Shown here in pieces: positions 10,446 through 20,530 of a DNA stretch of 64,000 nucleotides. Below the pieces are notes generated by a model. That model did no database searches and was not told the origin of the DNA. It saw nothing but the letters and a program-made list of their open reading frames with translations. Every line of letters starts with the position of its first letter. The first letter of the stretch is position 1. Source of the stretch: Desulfobacterales bacterium. GTDB lineage: Bacteria; Desulfobacterota; Desulfobacteria; Desulfobacterales; JAIPEE01. Location: assembly GCA_021737275.1 (NCBI GenBank), contig JAIPEE010000001.1, positions 115,686-179,685 on the forward strand. Direction: 5' to 3'. The position numbers were made by a program, and so were the translations under genes.

Positions 10446-10593
10446 AGGTCTATAATCACTTTAGATTTATTGAAATATTTTCCTTAGGGTTAAAACCCTT
10501 GTTTTCCTCCAACTATTACAGCAGCACATTTGTCGTTGAATAATTTCCGGGCATTGACTATCTATCAATGCTAACTTTACCTGGGAGGTGGCT

Positions 10594-10881
10594 ATGCAAA
10601 CTTTTATCATTCTCAGTAATTTTGCCCCTGATGCATTCAAGGACCCGAAGGCGTTCAAACAACTTTCTTTAACAGTATCGGAAAAAATTAAAAATGAATG
10701 CCCGGGCGTTGTCTGGAAAAACAGCTATACCACGCTGGGCCGATTTGATGTAATTAACATTGTAGAGTCGGATGATACCAATCAGGTAGAAAAAGCAGCT
10801 ATGCTCATTCGCTCATATGCCAATTCAACGACTGAAACCCTGATTGCCACACCCTGGAAAGACTTTCTTGATTCACTGTAA
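10594..10881 (+). CDS. GYD domain protein
   Basis: About 95 aa. LGRFDVINIVESDD...AAMLIRSYANSTTETL fits the GYD family. ATG 10594 follows GGGAGG; the ORF-track GTG at 10588 is an alternative start. Confidence 0.6.
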   Translation: MQTFIILSNFAPDAFKDPKAFKQLSLTVSEKIKNECPGVVWKNSYTTLGRFDVINIVESDDTNQVEKAAMLIRSYANSTTETLIATPWKDFLDSL

Positions 10882-11010
10882 AACGTAACACCGTTTTTGA
10901 TGTAAAGTTGTGATGCTTTCTGCACTTTGTAATGTTCTGCAATTTATGATGCTGTTGAACATCAAGCGTATATATTATAAATAAAAATTTAAGTTACTGA
11001 AGATTCTTGA

Positions 11011-12030
11011 ATGGAAACAATACTTTTTGACCGGTTAGCGAAACAGGGCCATGATTTTTTAGGCGCAAGATATCCCATTATCTGTGGCGCGATGACATGG
11101 GTGAGTGATCCCAACCTTGTTGCATCTGTTTGTAATGCAGGGGGGTTTGCCTGGCTGGCTGGCGGAAACACACCGGTTGAGATTCTTGAAAAACAGATAC
11201 TTGATACCCGTAAACTGACGGACAAGCCATTTGGCATCAACCTTATTACCATTGCGCCTCTCTATAAAAAACATCTTGAATTGATGCAAAAACTTAAACC
11301 GTCTTTTATAAATTTTGCCGGCAGTTTTCCACGCCGAAAAGAAGTGACAGCAGCCAAAGAAACCGGCGCAAAAGTGTTATGCTTTGCCTCAACCCATTCC
11401 ATTGCCTTGCGCATGATAGATTATGGTGCAGATGCGCTCATTCTTGAAGGCATGGAGGCTGGCGGCCATGTCGGGCATGTTGCCCTTTCCATCCTTCTCC
11501 AGCAGGTACTGTTTGAGGTATCTGAGGTACCGGTTTTTGTTGGCGGCGGAATTGCAACCGGAAAGATGTGTGCCCATCTTTTTTTGATGGGTGCTGCCGG
11601 AATTCAAATGGGCACTCGTTTTGCCATGGCCAAAGAAAGCTGTGCTCATAAAAATTTTAAGGATTCTTTTGTAAAAGCCCGTGCACGAGATGCCGTATCA
11701 ACACCCCGGTTTGACAGTCGCCTGCCCGTTGTTGCTGTAAGAGCACTCAGAAATAAAGACACTGATGAGTTTGGTAAAATTCAGCTTAAACTGCTTTCCC
11801 AATTGGATAAAAATGACATAACAAAGGAAATTGCACAGCAGAAAGTGGAAGAGTTCTGGATGGGCAAACTCCGCGATGCGGTTATTGACGGCGATGTTTC
11901 ACATGGTTCTCTTATGGCGGGGCAATCTGTCGGACTGGTTGACAAAGAGATGAGTGTGACGGATATTATCAACGAACTTGTCACGGATACTGAAAAAGAA
12001 CTTCAAAAAGTCAGCAGGATGGTTAAATAA
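11011..12030 (+). CDS. nitronate monooxygenase / FabK-like FMN-dependent oxidoreductase (NMO family)
   Basis: ARYPIICGAMTWVSDPNLVASVCNAGGFAWLAGG and EGMEAGGHVGH motifs. Confidence 0.7.
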   Translation: METILFDRLAKQGHDFLGARYPIICGAMTWVSDPNLVASVCNAGGFAWLAGGNTPVEILEKQILDTRKLTDKPFGINLITIAPLYKKHLELMQKLKPSFINFAGSFPRRKEVTAAKETGAKVLCFASTHSIALRMIDYGADALILEGMEAGGHVGHVALSILLQQVLFEVSEVPVFVGGGIATGKMCAHLFLMGAAGIQMGTRFAMAKESCAHKNFKDSFVKARARDAVSTPRFDSRLPVVAVRALRNKDTDEFGKIQLKLLSQLDKNDITKEIAQQKVEEFWMGKLRDAVIDGDVSHGSLMAGQSVGLVDKEMSVTDIINELVTDTEKELQKVSRMVK

Positions 12031-12317
12031 TCACCTGTTGCGCGCATTGTATGTACCTCAAGCAACTCTGTACTTTTTTTGTTTGTAAAAGTTTTTATAA
12101 TGCCGCCTGCCATTTTTCGAATTTTATCCTACATCATTTTATGTCTATACTTTGGTACAAAAACCATATGATATTTACATTCCCATCTTACGTGTGATAA
12201 TGAGCGTCTTGAAAGCTTATGGGTATCTCTAAAAATTTTAAATTCACTTCGAGTGCAAGACTTGTGAAAATGTTAAAATGACATAACTGCTTTATAGTAA
12301 AAGCAGCTGGAAATAAT

Positions 12318-13211
12318 ATGACAACCAAATCTCAAATAATAAAATCGGATGTTTATTTTCTTATCACTGCTGCTACCTGGGGATTTGCATTTGTTGCCCA
12401 GCGGCTTGGCATGGAGTATGTTGGACCGTTTACTTTTAATGGTGCACGGTTTTTTCTTGGTACAATTTCCCTGCTTCCCCTGCTTTTTTTCAGAAGAAAT
12501 CCTAAACAAAAAAAGACGGATAGTTCCCCTGTACAGGGTAAAAAATATTATATTATCGGCAGCGGCCTTGCCGGCCTGATACTCTTCCTGGGCGCTTCAT
12601 TTCAGCAGGCAGGACTGGTATATACCACAGCCGGAAAAGCCGGTTTTATAACAGGGCTATATGTTATTATTGTGCCGGTTATCTCTCTTCTTCTTGGCAA
12701 ACGATTCAGATACGGCACCTGGACAGGAGCTATTCTGGCAACTATTGGTCTTTACCTTCTTACCGTTTCAGGTAAATTTTCAATCAACCTCGGCGATTTT
12801 CTTGTTCTTTGCAGTGCAATTTTCTGGGCTGCCCACGTTCTTCTGATTGGTCGCCTCTCTTTAAGGGTTGATCCCATAAAAATAGCCGTTTTCCAATTTG
12901 CCGTCTGCGCCTGCCTCAGTACGATTACCGCTTTTATTTTTGAACATGTGATGCTCCAGAATATTATTAAAGCGCTTATTCCTATCATGTATGCCGGCTT
13001 TCTTTCTGTTGGAATTGCATATACGCTCCAGATTGTTGCACAGCAATATGCCAATCCGACTCATGCAGCCATCATGTTGAGCCTTGAAGCTGTTTTTGCA
13101 GTAGCCGGGGGCTGGATTTTCCTGAATGAAGCACTTTCCGTTCGAAATATCATTGGGTGCCTTCTGATGTTAGCCGGCATGCTCATATCACAGTTGACAC
13201 CACGTAAATAA
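12318..13211 (+). CDS. EamA/DMT family transporter
   Basis: 297 aa, ~10 TM helices, and a duplicated EamA-like architecture. Confidence 0.7.
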   Translation: MTTKSQIIKSDVYFLITAATWGFAFVAQRLGMEYVGPFTFNGARFFLGTISLLPLLFFRRNPKQKKTDSSPVQGKKYYIIGSGLAGLILFLGASFQQAGLVYTTAGKAGFITGLYVIIVPVISLLLGKRFRYGTWTGAILATIGLYLLTVSGKFSINLGDFLVLCSAIFWAAHVLLIGRLSLRVDPIKIAVFQFAVCACLSTITAFIFEHVMLQNIIKALIPIMYAGFLSVGIAYTLQIVAQQYANPTHAAIMLSLEAVFAVAGGWIFLNEALSVRNIIGCLLMLAGMLISQLTPRK

Positions 13212-13347
13212 AGGCTGACGGCTTTCGCTTGCTTGCCTCAAGGAATATATTGTGCTATTTAAAAAATTAAATATGGCATATATGGATTTTACCTGAAAAA
13301 ATTATCCTCTGAGTTATAAATTGTACAACCATAAACATGGTGAATAT

Positions 13348-13776
13348 ATGGAAAAATTTCTTCACAGGTTTGAACACACCATTGTAATTTTCCTCCTCGT
13401 AATGATGATCATTGTCGTGCTGCTCAGCACAATCGAACTCGCTGTGATTTTGACAAATGAGATGATTGCGCCGCCATTTATGTTGATTGGCATTGATAAT
13501 ATGCTGGCTATCTTCGGTTTTTTTATGATGATTTTAATCGGCCTGGAATTGATTGAAACAATCAAAATATATCTTTCCGAAGAAGTGATTCATGTCGAAA
13601 TCATCAGCCTGGTTGCAATTATTGCAATTACCCGGAAAATCATTATTCTGGACGTGAAGAAGATGGATCCGTTGATGGTACTAGGCATATCAGCTTTAGT
13701 CATTTCACTGTGCACCGGTTATTATCTGCTCAAAAAAGGACTTTATTATAATACCAAACCAAAAAAAAATGATTAA
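13348..13776 (+). CDS. PsiE-like (phosphate-starvation-inducible E family) membrane protein
   Basis: 4-TM protein with IGLELIETIKIYL and ITRKIIILD segments resembling PsiE. The first in-frame ATG is at 13348; the ORF track starts at TTG 13321. Confidence 0.45.
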   Translation: MEKFLHRFEHTIVIFLLVMMIIVVLLSTIELAVILTNEMIAPPFMLIGIDNMLAIFGFFMMILIGLELIETIKIYLSEEVIHVEIISLVAIIAITRKIIILDVKKMDPLMVLGISALVISLCTGYYLLKKGLYYNTKPKKND

Positions 13777-13901
13777 TATCCTGATATGCAGTCAACTGAA
13801 TTTGTATTTTGTTAAAATGGCTCCAAAATCCTGATCAACACAATAGCCAAAATACCGGCATTTTTATAACGCTCTTAAACCTTTTTCCGGAGAAATTAAC
13901 T

Positions 13902-14123
13902 ATGAATTATAAACTCCTTTTTTCTTCAATCCTCGCAGGGCTGGTTGTTATTTTCATCATTCAAAATATTGCGGTTACTGAAATCAAATTTCTTTTCTGG
14001 AAATTTGCCATGTCCAGATCATTGATGTTTTTCTTCCTTTTGCTGGTTGGCTTTGTTATCGGATGGCTGCTGAACAGCTATCGAAGACATAAAAAAACCT
14101 CATATAATCTATCTCAAAAATAA
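13902..14123 (+). CDS. LapA-domain (DUF1049) small membrane protein
   Basis: MNYKLLFSSILAGLVVIFIIQN...LLLVGFVIGWLLNSYRRHKK: two TM helices plus a basic tail. GGAGA lies 8 nt upstream of ATG 13902. Confidence 0.5.
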   Translation: MNYKLLFSSILAGLVVIFIIQNIAVTEIKFLFWKFAMSRSLMFFFLLLVGFVIGWLLNSYRRHKKTSYNLSQK

Positions 14124-14132
14124 AGGCTATAT

Positions 14133-14630
14133 ATGCAACGTTATTCAACTTACCCCTTTCCCGGAAAAAGATATATTACAGGGCAGGGCTTACATCCTAA
14201 AAATGATCCTGATGGTTTCCAAGTCCCAGCTTTTCTATCTTCAGGCGGTTTTGATGAAATATCCTGGCAAAACTCTACAGCATACCGGTATGCTGTAGAT
14301 TTGTTTAATAACGGATTCTGGTGGGAAACCCATGAAACACTGGAAGCCTTATGGAATGAAGTCGGCAAAAAAACATCAACCGGCATTTTTATAAAGGGTT
14401 TGATCCAGATATCTGCCGCACTGCTTAAAAAATTACAGAAGCCTGATGAAGTTAATTTTTCAATTGCAGATAAAGGCTTTCAAAAGGCACAATCAAAATC
14501 CGGCATTTTCATCGGATTGGATGTGGATTTGTTTTTGAAAAACGTACGGGCTTTTCTGTCGGGTCAATGCAGTGAGCCGCCTGTGATTAAGCTCATTGGC
14601 GCAGAACCTGCACAGGGTAAGAACATTTAA
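14133..14630 (+). CDS. DUF309 domain protein
   Basis: FNNGFWWETHETLEALW matches the DUF309 signature. Confidence 0.5.
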   Translation: MQRYSTYPFPGKRYITGQGLHPKNDPDGFQVPAFLSSGGFDEISWQNSTAYRYAVDLFNNGFWWETHETLEALWNEVGKKTSTGIFIKGLIQISAALLKKLQKPDEVNFSIADKGFQKAQSKSGIFIGLDVDLFLKNVRAFLSGQCSEPPVIKLIGAEPAQGKNI

Positions 14631-14648
14631 TTATATGAAGTAAAAAAT

Positions 14649-15032
14649 ATGCGTATTTTACATACAATGATAAGGGTCGGTGATCTTGACCGTTCAATTA
14701 AATTCTATACGGAAGTGCTTGAGATGAAGTTACTTCGCAAAAAGGATTATCCGGATGGTAAATTTACACTGGCCTTTCTGGGGTATGGTGATGAGTCAAA
14801 GACTACCGCCATTGAGCTTACCTACAACTGGAGTGTGAATCAATATGATATTGGTACCGCCTTTGGTCATATTGCACTTGAGGTTGATGATGTATATAAG
14901 GCAACAAAAGAAATTAAAAGCCGCGGCGGTAAAATTATCCGTGATGCCGGACCCATGAATGCGGGCACAACTATCATCGCTTTTGTTGAGGATCCTGATG
15001 GCTACCAGATCGAATTAATCGGTAAAAAGTAA
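14649..15032 (+). CDS. gloA: lactoylglutathione lyase (glyoxalase I)
   Basis: 127 aa. [29 protein letters not shown]...GHIALEVDD...[13 protein letters not shown] is near-canonical GloA. Confidence 0.9.
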   Translation: MRILHTMIRVGDLDRSIKFYTEVLEMKLLRKKDYPDGKFTLAFLGYGDESKTTAIELTYNWSVNQYDIGTAFGHIALEVDDVYKATKEIKSRGGKIIRDAGPMNAGTTIIAFVEDPDGYQIELIGKK

Positions 15033-15063
15033 AATATATCAATTTTTAAAACCTCAATGACGG

Positions 15064-15543
15064 GTGACTTTCAAAATGAAATTTAAACAGGTAGATAGTG
15101 CCGATATAGATGAACGTATTATGAATTTACTTCTTTACGCGGATCCTTCAAAAGATATGATAAAAAACTATCTTCCAAAAGGAATTTGTATTGTCGGGAA
15201 ATATCGGAGAAAACCGATTGGTGTAGCTGTTCTTTTAAAGGTTTCTTCAGCGGTCTGGGAATTAAAAAATATCGCCATAGCGAAAGACTACCAGGGCAAA
15301 GGGCATGGTAAAGAACTTTTGCAAAAGACCCTTGAAGAAGCTAAAGGCCGAAATGCGGAATCTATTGAGGTCGGTACGGGAAATTCAAGCATTGACCAAC
15401 TCGCATTTTACCAGAAACAGGGCTTTCGCATTTCCGAAGTCATCCCTGATTTCTTTACAGATCATTATGAAGAAGAGATAATTGAAAACGGAATTGTCTG
15501 CAGGGATATGATTCGGCTTTATATGGATTTACTTTCCGAATAA
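15064..15543 (+). CDS. GNAT family N-acetyltransferase
   Basis: IAIAKDYQGKGHGKELL...AFYQKQGF is an acetyl-CoA binding motif (Q/RxxGxG/A). ATG 15076 is an alternative start. Confidence 0.75.
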   Translation: MTFKMKFKQVDSADIDERIMNLLLYADPSKDMIKNYLPKGICIVGKYRRKPIGVAVLLKVSSAVWELKNIAIAKDYQGKGHGKELLQKTLEEAKGRNAESIEVGTGNSSIDQLAFYQKQGFRISEVIPDFFTDHYEEEIIENGIVCRDMIRLYMDLLSE

Positions 15544-15609
15544 TATCAGCCTGTAATTTTACTAAAAACGTTTTCATGCGATAATTGACATAAGCATTTC
15601 CGCTTGCAG

Positions 15610-16641
15610 TTATTGTGTTGCCAGATCCTTCCCGGGCCTTATCTCTTTTTCAAAATTTATCTCCTGCCAGGCTGAATGCATTCCAGCCTTTTCATAAAGC
15701 CGTGTTGCACCGGTTAAACTTTCCGAGTCCACATCAAGGGACACCTTATATATTTCACGCTGAAAAAGTTCACGAAAAACATAATGTAGCAGAGCCAGGG
15801 CGATTCCTTTTTGGCGCCATTCTTTTACGACACCAACTACTTCAATGTAAGCCATTTCAGTGTCTTCAGGAATTGATGGTGTACATACCAATTGGGCCAC
15901 CATTTCATTACCGGCCATTGCTGCAAAAACCAGGGATGGATCAAAATTGGGTTTATGCTTTTCCCAATGTTCAAGTTCCTCAACTAACGCATCAACTGAC
16001 TGTTCAACAAAACCCCAATGGTCTCTGAATATTTCAATTTGAGCTTGTGCATAAACACGGTTGAATTCATTCTTTCTCATTGCCATATTATCTCCGGAAA
16101 CTACTGATAAGCCTTCAGGAAAATCGGGCTCTGGCGGTAATGATTTTATTTCTCGCTCCATTCTTGAAAAATAACGTACTGCCTGATACCCATTTCTCTC
16201 CAGAAAATTTCGGCCTGTTATATCTGTTACCGGTTTATATTGGTCCAAAACAATCCGGGTATTATCCGGCGCTTTGGGTATTGATAATTCTGCACGTGCT
16301 TCGAGCCAGCAAATAAAATAAGCGCCAATACCTTTTCCCATAAATTCAGGGTGCACAAATACACTGCTTTCGAGCTTCACAAAAGGATCCCTGTCTTCTA
16401 CATATGCGAGGCCAACCATTATGTTGTCCTTTGTAAAGACAGTACATGAATCTCTTTCCAGTTTCATGATTGGCGATTTCCATAGATGGAGAAGCTCTCC
16501 CGCATCACTACCTGGCTTTCCGCTCATTTCAACCCAGTATTTATTTTCGAGATTTACCGCATCATCTATGTCATTGAGAGTTGCGGCTCTGATAATATAA
16601 TTTTCTAATTTAGAATTGATTGTATTGTTCAGATTTTGCAC
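15610..16641 (-). CDS. two-domain GNAT family acetyltransferase
   Basis: 343 aa with two GNAT cores: VHPEFMGKGIGAYF and VVKEWRQKGIALALL...LYEKAGM. Confidence 0.7.
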   Translation of the reverse strand: MQNLNNTINSKLENYIIRAATLNDIDDAVNLENKYWVEMSGKPGSDAGELLHLWKSPIMKLERDSCTVFTKDNIMVGLAYVEDRDPFVKLESSVFVHPEFMGKGIGAYFICWLEARAELSIPKAPDNTRIVLDQYKPVTDITGRNFLERNGYQAVRYFSRMEREIKSLPPEPDFPEGLSVVSGDNMAMRKNEFNRVYAQAQIEIFRDHWGFVEQSVDALVEELEHWEKHKPNFDPSLVFAAMAGNEMVAQLVCTPSIPEDTEMAYIEVVGVVKEWRQKGIALALLHYVFRELFQREIYKVSLDVDSESLTGATRLYEKAGMHSAWQEINFEKEIRPGKDLATQ

Positions 16642-16849
16642 GTTTTCCTCACTTTCAGGTGTTCATAACAGGTGCATTTTAGAAAAATAATTACCAGAGC
16701 ATATACATTCAGTCAAATATGAGGATACCCCGCTTGCCTTATTTTTAAATTTATGTTAACAAATCTATAACTTAATTATCTATAGAGCAAATCTGATACA
16801 ATAGTGCCATCCAAACATAAAAATTATCAATCATCTGAGGATTTTTTGA

Positions 16850-17077
16850 ATGGAACGAAAAGAAGGCATGCCGCTGTGGGTTTTTTTTGGATTATCCAGT
16901 ATCAATACCAGAAAAGGAGCTTTAACTCTTTTTGGGGTATCTTTGATTTTAACTATCCTTTGTTTTCCCTACTCTTACTTTAGAAATGAATGGAGTTGGG
17001 TTGTCTGGATGGCTCCTTTACCGATTTACTACTGGTTCTGTATAAGGTGGATCGATAAAAAATCCAATTGGAATTAA
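16850..17077 (+). CDS. small hypothetical membrane protein
   Basis: 75 aa, 2 predicted TM helices, no recognisable family. Confidence 0.35.
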   Translation: MERKEGMPLWVFFGLSSINTRKGALTLFGVSLILTILCFPYSYFRNEWSWVVWMAPLPIYYWFCIRWIDKKSNWN

Positions 17078-17086
17078 TAACGTATT

Positions 17087-17734
17087 ATGAAACCCGGATT
17101 AGTAATATTTGATTGCGATGGCGTGCTTGTCGATAGTGAACCGATTGCAAGTCGGATTTTTTGCGACCTGGTTAATGAAGCCGGTCTTGCTATAACGTAT
17201 GAGCAAACTGTTCAGGATTTCGAAGGCATCTCGGACGAAGACTGCATTAAAATCGTTGAAGAACGTTTAGGCAGGCCTTTACCTGATAATTTCATGGATC
17301 AGCATGACAAAAAACTATTCGAAGCTTTTTTCAACGACCTGAAACCGATTGAAGGTATTCATGGTGCATTAAATCAAATCTCAATTCCAACCTGTGTCGC
17401 CTCCAGCGGGCCTCATAAAAAAATGAACGTATCATTGAAAATTACTAATTTGAAATCATTTTTCGAAGGAAAAATATTTAGTGCCACCGAAGTAAAGCGA
17501 GGAAAACCCCATCCTGACCTTTTTCTCTATGTCGCAAATAAAATGGGTGTTGCGCCTGACGCCTGTGTTGTAGTAGAAGACTCTGTATTTGGTGTCAGGG
17601 CCGGTATTGCTGCCGGCATGACTGTTTTGGGATATGCGGCTCGCACAACGTCTGATAGTCTGTCTGCTGAAGGTGCCGTCACATTTAAAAAAATGAATAA
17701 CCTCCCCAATTTACTCATGGACATTGTCGGATAG
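17087..17734 (+). CDS. HAD-superfamily hydrolase (beta-phosphoglucomutase/phosphatase subfamily IA)
   Basis: The DxD motif in VIFDCDGVLVDSE, then VASSG, KPHPD and VVEDSVFGVRAG motifs. The stop is TAG, with an in-frame TAA 3 codons later. Confidence 0.8.
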   Translation: MKPGLVIFDCDGVLVDSEPIASRIFCDLVNEAGLAITYEQTVQDFEGISDEDCIKIVEERLGRPLPDNFMDQHDKKLFEAFFNDLKPIEGIHGALNQISIPTCVASSGPHKKMNVSLKITNLKSFFEGKIFSATEVKRGKPHPDLFLYVANKMGVAPDACVVVEDSVFGVRAGIAAGMTVLGYAARTTSDSLSAEGAVTFKKMNNLPNLLMDIVG

Positions 17735-17788
17735 CCTAATTTTTAAGATGACTTCTAATTAAAACTTAAAATTAACGATAGAGGAATT

Positions 17789-18280
17789 ATGGTTGAAAAT
17801 GGAAAAAAAACACCCATCTTTACACTGCCGGATCAAAACAATAACAACGTCGCCTTAAAGGATTTTAACGGAAAATGGATTGTTCTATATTTTTACCCTA
17901 AGGATAATACACCGGGCTGTACTAACGAAGCTATTGATTTTACCTCACTGACCAAACAGTTTAATAAGTTAAATGCCGTTATCATTGGTGTCAGCCCTGA
18001 TAGTTCCGAGTCGCACCGTAAATTCATTGAAAAATATGAACTAAAAATTCTGCTGCTGAGCGATATAAAAAAAGCAGTCCTGAAAAAATACGGCGCATGG
18101 GGGATCAAAAAGAATTATGGAAAGGAATACGAAGGGGTCATCCGTTCTACTTTTCTTATATCTCCTTCAGGTAACATTGCCGAGAAATGGACTAATGTCC
18201 GCGTGAGAATAAAAAGAAAAAGTGATGAAGTCAGGCATGCAGATATTGTTTTTGATCGTCTGAAAGCTTTATCATCGTAA
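17789..18280 (+). CDS. bcp: thioredoxin-dependent thiol peroxidase (Bcp-type peroxiredoxin)
   Basis: YFYPKDNTPGCTNEA is the PxxxTxxC peroxiredoxin active site. 163 aa. Confidence 0.85.
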   Translation: MVENGKKTPIFTLPDQNNNNVALKDFNGKWIVLYFYPKDNTPGCTNEAIDFTSLTKQFNKLNAVIIGVSPDSSESHRKFIEKYELKILLLSDIKKAVLKKYGAWGIKKNYGKEYEGVIRSTFLISPSGNIAEKWTNVRVRIKRKSDEVRHADIVFDRLKALSS

Positions 18281-18360
18281 TAACTAATGTATGCATATCC
18301 GACAACTTTCTTAGCCGGAAACACACGATGACATATTTGCAAAATAATTTACCAGGAAGG

Positions 18361-18459
18361 AAAATGAGAGCAGTCACTTTTTTTATTTTCAGCGTTTGAT
18401 TAGAGTTTTTTATGTTTTTCTTCAATAAAAAAAGTTGTCAATCAGACTGCTCTCATTTT
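18361..18459. repeat. 15-bp perfect inverted repeat (aaaatgagagcagtc / gactgctctcatttt) separated by 69 nt
   Basis: The arms are at 18361-18375 and 18445-18459, in the convergent gap between bcp and the Spy/ZraP-like gene. T-runs follow both arms. Confidence 0.6.
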
Positions 18460-18528
18460 TGGGGAAAGCAACAAATTATATTTCTGAGGTCCGCTTTTTA
18501 GAAAAGTGAATCTCAATATTTTAAATGA

Positions 18529-19032
18529 TCAGCGGCAACCCATTCTTTCGCCACCGCCGTGGCCTTTATTAAAGCCGATCATCATAAAACCCTGACCTGC
18601 ATTGGGGCAAAATTCTCGCATTTCCAAATGATGTACTAACCGTTTTTGGGCAAATTTTGCTTCAAGATCAGACAACGCCTTTTGTATTTCAGATGCTTTT
18701 TTCACATCCGGATTCTTTTTTACAAGCTCACTTTTAAGTTCAAAATTCTTGGATTGAATATTCCGGCGAAGATCTTCGGTATCTTTAAAAAAACCTTCCC
18801 GTGCATCACGTAATGCCTTGAGTTCCTCTTCCGACAAGCCGGCAAATTTTCCATCCTTACAAAAACCTCTCTGATGATAACCCTGTGCGTTATCTCTGTT
18901 CATACTTTGATCTTCCATCATACCATGATGACCCGACCCCATATCCCAGCCGGCAAATGCATTAACACCAAAACCGGTTATGGCAATAACGGCTACAACA
19001 GCCATTACTTTTTTAAAATTGCTTTTTTTCAT
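18529..19032 (-). CDS. periplasmic Spy/CpxP/ZraP-family protein (heavy-metal/envelope-stress chaperone-like)
   Basis: Signal peptide, a His/Met-rich stretch (GSGHHGMMEDQSM), and LSEEELKALRDAREGF plus coiled helices as in the ZraP/Spy (LTxxQ-type) family. Confidence 0.6.
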   Translation of the reverse strand: MKKSNFKKVMAVVAVIAITGFGVNAFAGWDMGSGHHGMMEDQSMNRDNAQGYHQRGFCKDGKFAGLSEEELKALRDAREGFFKDTEDLRRNIQSKNFELKSELVKKNPDVKKASEIQKALSDLEAKFAQKRLVHHLEMREFCPNAGQGFMMIGFNKGHGGGERMGCR

Positions 19033-19100
19033 TCCTGTTTCTCCTTTTTATTCATTTTTTTGAAAATCTGTGATTTGCACATTGTTTTTATTTCTTATAT

Positions 19101-19116
19101 TGCAAGGCACGAGCCA
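19101..19116 (-). promoter_or_regulatory. sigma-54 (-24/-12) promoter upstream of the Spy/ZraP-like gene
   Basis: The minus strand reads TGGCTCGTGCCTTGCA. This gives TGGC and TTGCA with the exact consensus spacing of TGGCACG-N4-TTGCW. It lies ~70 nt upstream of ATG 19032, which is preceded by GGAG. Confidence 0.6.
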
Positions 19117-19503
19117 ATTCATATTATTTATTTCATATATTTTTTAATTACCTGTTATTACAATATATTTTTAATTTTAAAATGTTTTCCCACAACGTTT
19201 TCGACTGATGAACAGCCATTTAAGCCTTTTCCGGATTGTATAATAAGTACCCATTTATTTTAATCCAATGCCCTATCTGTATAAAAAATATACACTTGCT
19301 CTGTGCATTTATTATTTAGTGCCACACAATTTAATTTATCATAATGTTTCCATAAAAAACCAACGGTTGAATTTTTGTGTTATTCAAGTTAAAATAAAAT
19401 TTTTTCAACGTTCCGAAAAACAATTTACATAAAGATACTTACTTTTTTTAAGATCCGATCATTTCTACCTGAATTATTAACATATTATTGATGGAGGTTC
19501 CCC

Positions 19504-20181
19504 ATGTTAGTTAAAAACTGGATGACCGCGCCCGCCATTACACTTGAGCAGAGTGACTCCATGGAAAAAGCAATTAAACTCTTGAAGCAACATAATGTCC
19601 GGATGCTTCCGGTTATGGTGAAAGAGAAACTTTGCGGAATAATCACGGACAGGGATATTAAACGTGCCTCTGCATCCGATGCAACCACATTGGATATTCA
19701 TGAATTGCTCTTTCTGCTTTCAAAGATCAAAATAAAAGATATTATGACAAAGAACCCGATTGTCATCCCATACAATCACACCATTGAGGAAGCTGCGGCA
19801 CTTCTTCTGGAAAACAGGATTTCAGGTGCACCGGTTATCGGACCGGATAATAAAATTGCGGGAATTATTACACAGACTGATATTTTCAGAGCACTAATTA
19901 CATTAACAGGGTTTAGAAACAAGGGAATCATGCTGGCTGTTGAGGTTGAAGATAAACCCGGCTCTATAAAAGAAGTTGCTGATATTATTAGAAAATATAA
20001 AGGCCGTATTTCAAGCATCCTGAGCTCCGCTGAAAATGCTCCCAAGGGGCTTAAAAAAGTCTATATCCGAACCCATTGTTTATCGAGAAAAACCTTTCCA
20101 GAAGTCAGAAAAGAGATCAATAAGATAGCAACACTGATGTATATGGTGGATCACAGGGAAGATATCAGAGAAATATACTGA
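19504..20181 (+). CDS. CBS-pair plus ACT domain protein (AcuB-like)
   Basis: Two CBS motifs (MLPVMVKEKLCGIITDRDI, GAPVIGPDNKIAGIITQTDI) followed by an ACT-like C-terminus. Confidence 0.7.
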   Translation: MLVKNWMTAPAITLEQSDSMEKAIKLLKQHNVRMLPVMVKEKLCGIITDRDIKRASASDATTLDIHELLFLLSKIKIKDIMTKNPIVIPYNHTIEEAAALLLENRISGAPVIGPDNKIAGIITQTDIFRALITLTGFRNKGIMLAVEVEDKPGSIKEVADIIRKYKGRISSILSSAENAPKGLKKVYIRTHCLSRKTFPEVRKEINKIATLMYMVDHREDIREIY

Positions 20182-20200
20182 TTTCATAAAAGGACCTCAC

Positions 20201-20530
20201 ATGGGAAATAATGATTTTAACAGGCAGGATCGAAGAAATTATTCCAGAATTATTTACCAGCCCGGAAATCGGGCCAGTCTCATTATGGGTAGCCGGATCT
20301 TTGAAGTTATGGACATTACAGAAAGCGGCGTCAGATTTATAAATGAAAATCCTTTACCCCCGGAAACAGCTATCTCAGGGTCAATTCTCTTTTTAAATGG
20401 CGAGATGGTTGATATTGAAGGTAAGGTTGAATGGCAGGAAGAGGGTGAAGTCGGCATGAGTCTTTCAGCGCTTATCCCCTCCCAAATTCTAAAGCAGGAA
20501 TCCCGACACCTTATTGTTCATTCTGATTGA
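20201..20530 (+). CDS. PilZ domain protein (putative c-di-GMP receptor)
   Basis: RRNYSR is an RxxxR motif. DITESG is a D-x-S/T-x-x-G-like motif at the appropriate spacing. Confidence 0.55.
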   Translation: MGNNDFNRQDRRNYSRIIYQPGNRASLIMGSRIFEVMDITESGVRFINENPLPPETAISGSILFLNGEMVDIEGKVEWQEEGEVGMSLSALIPSQILKQESRHLIVHSD

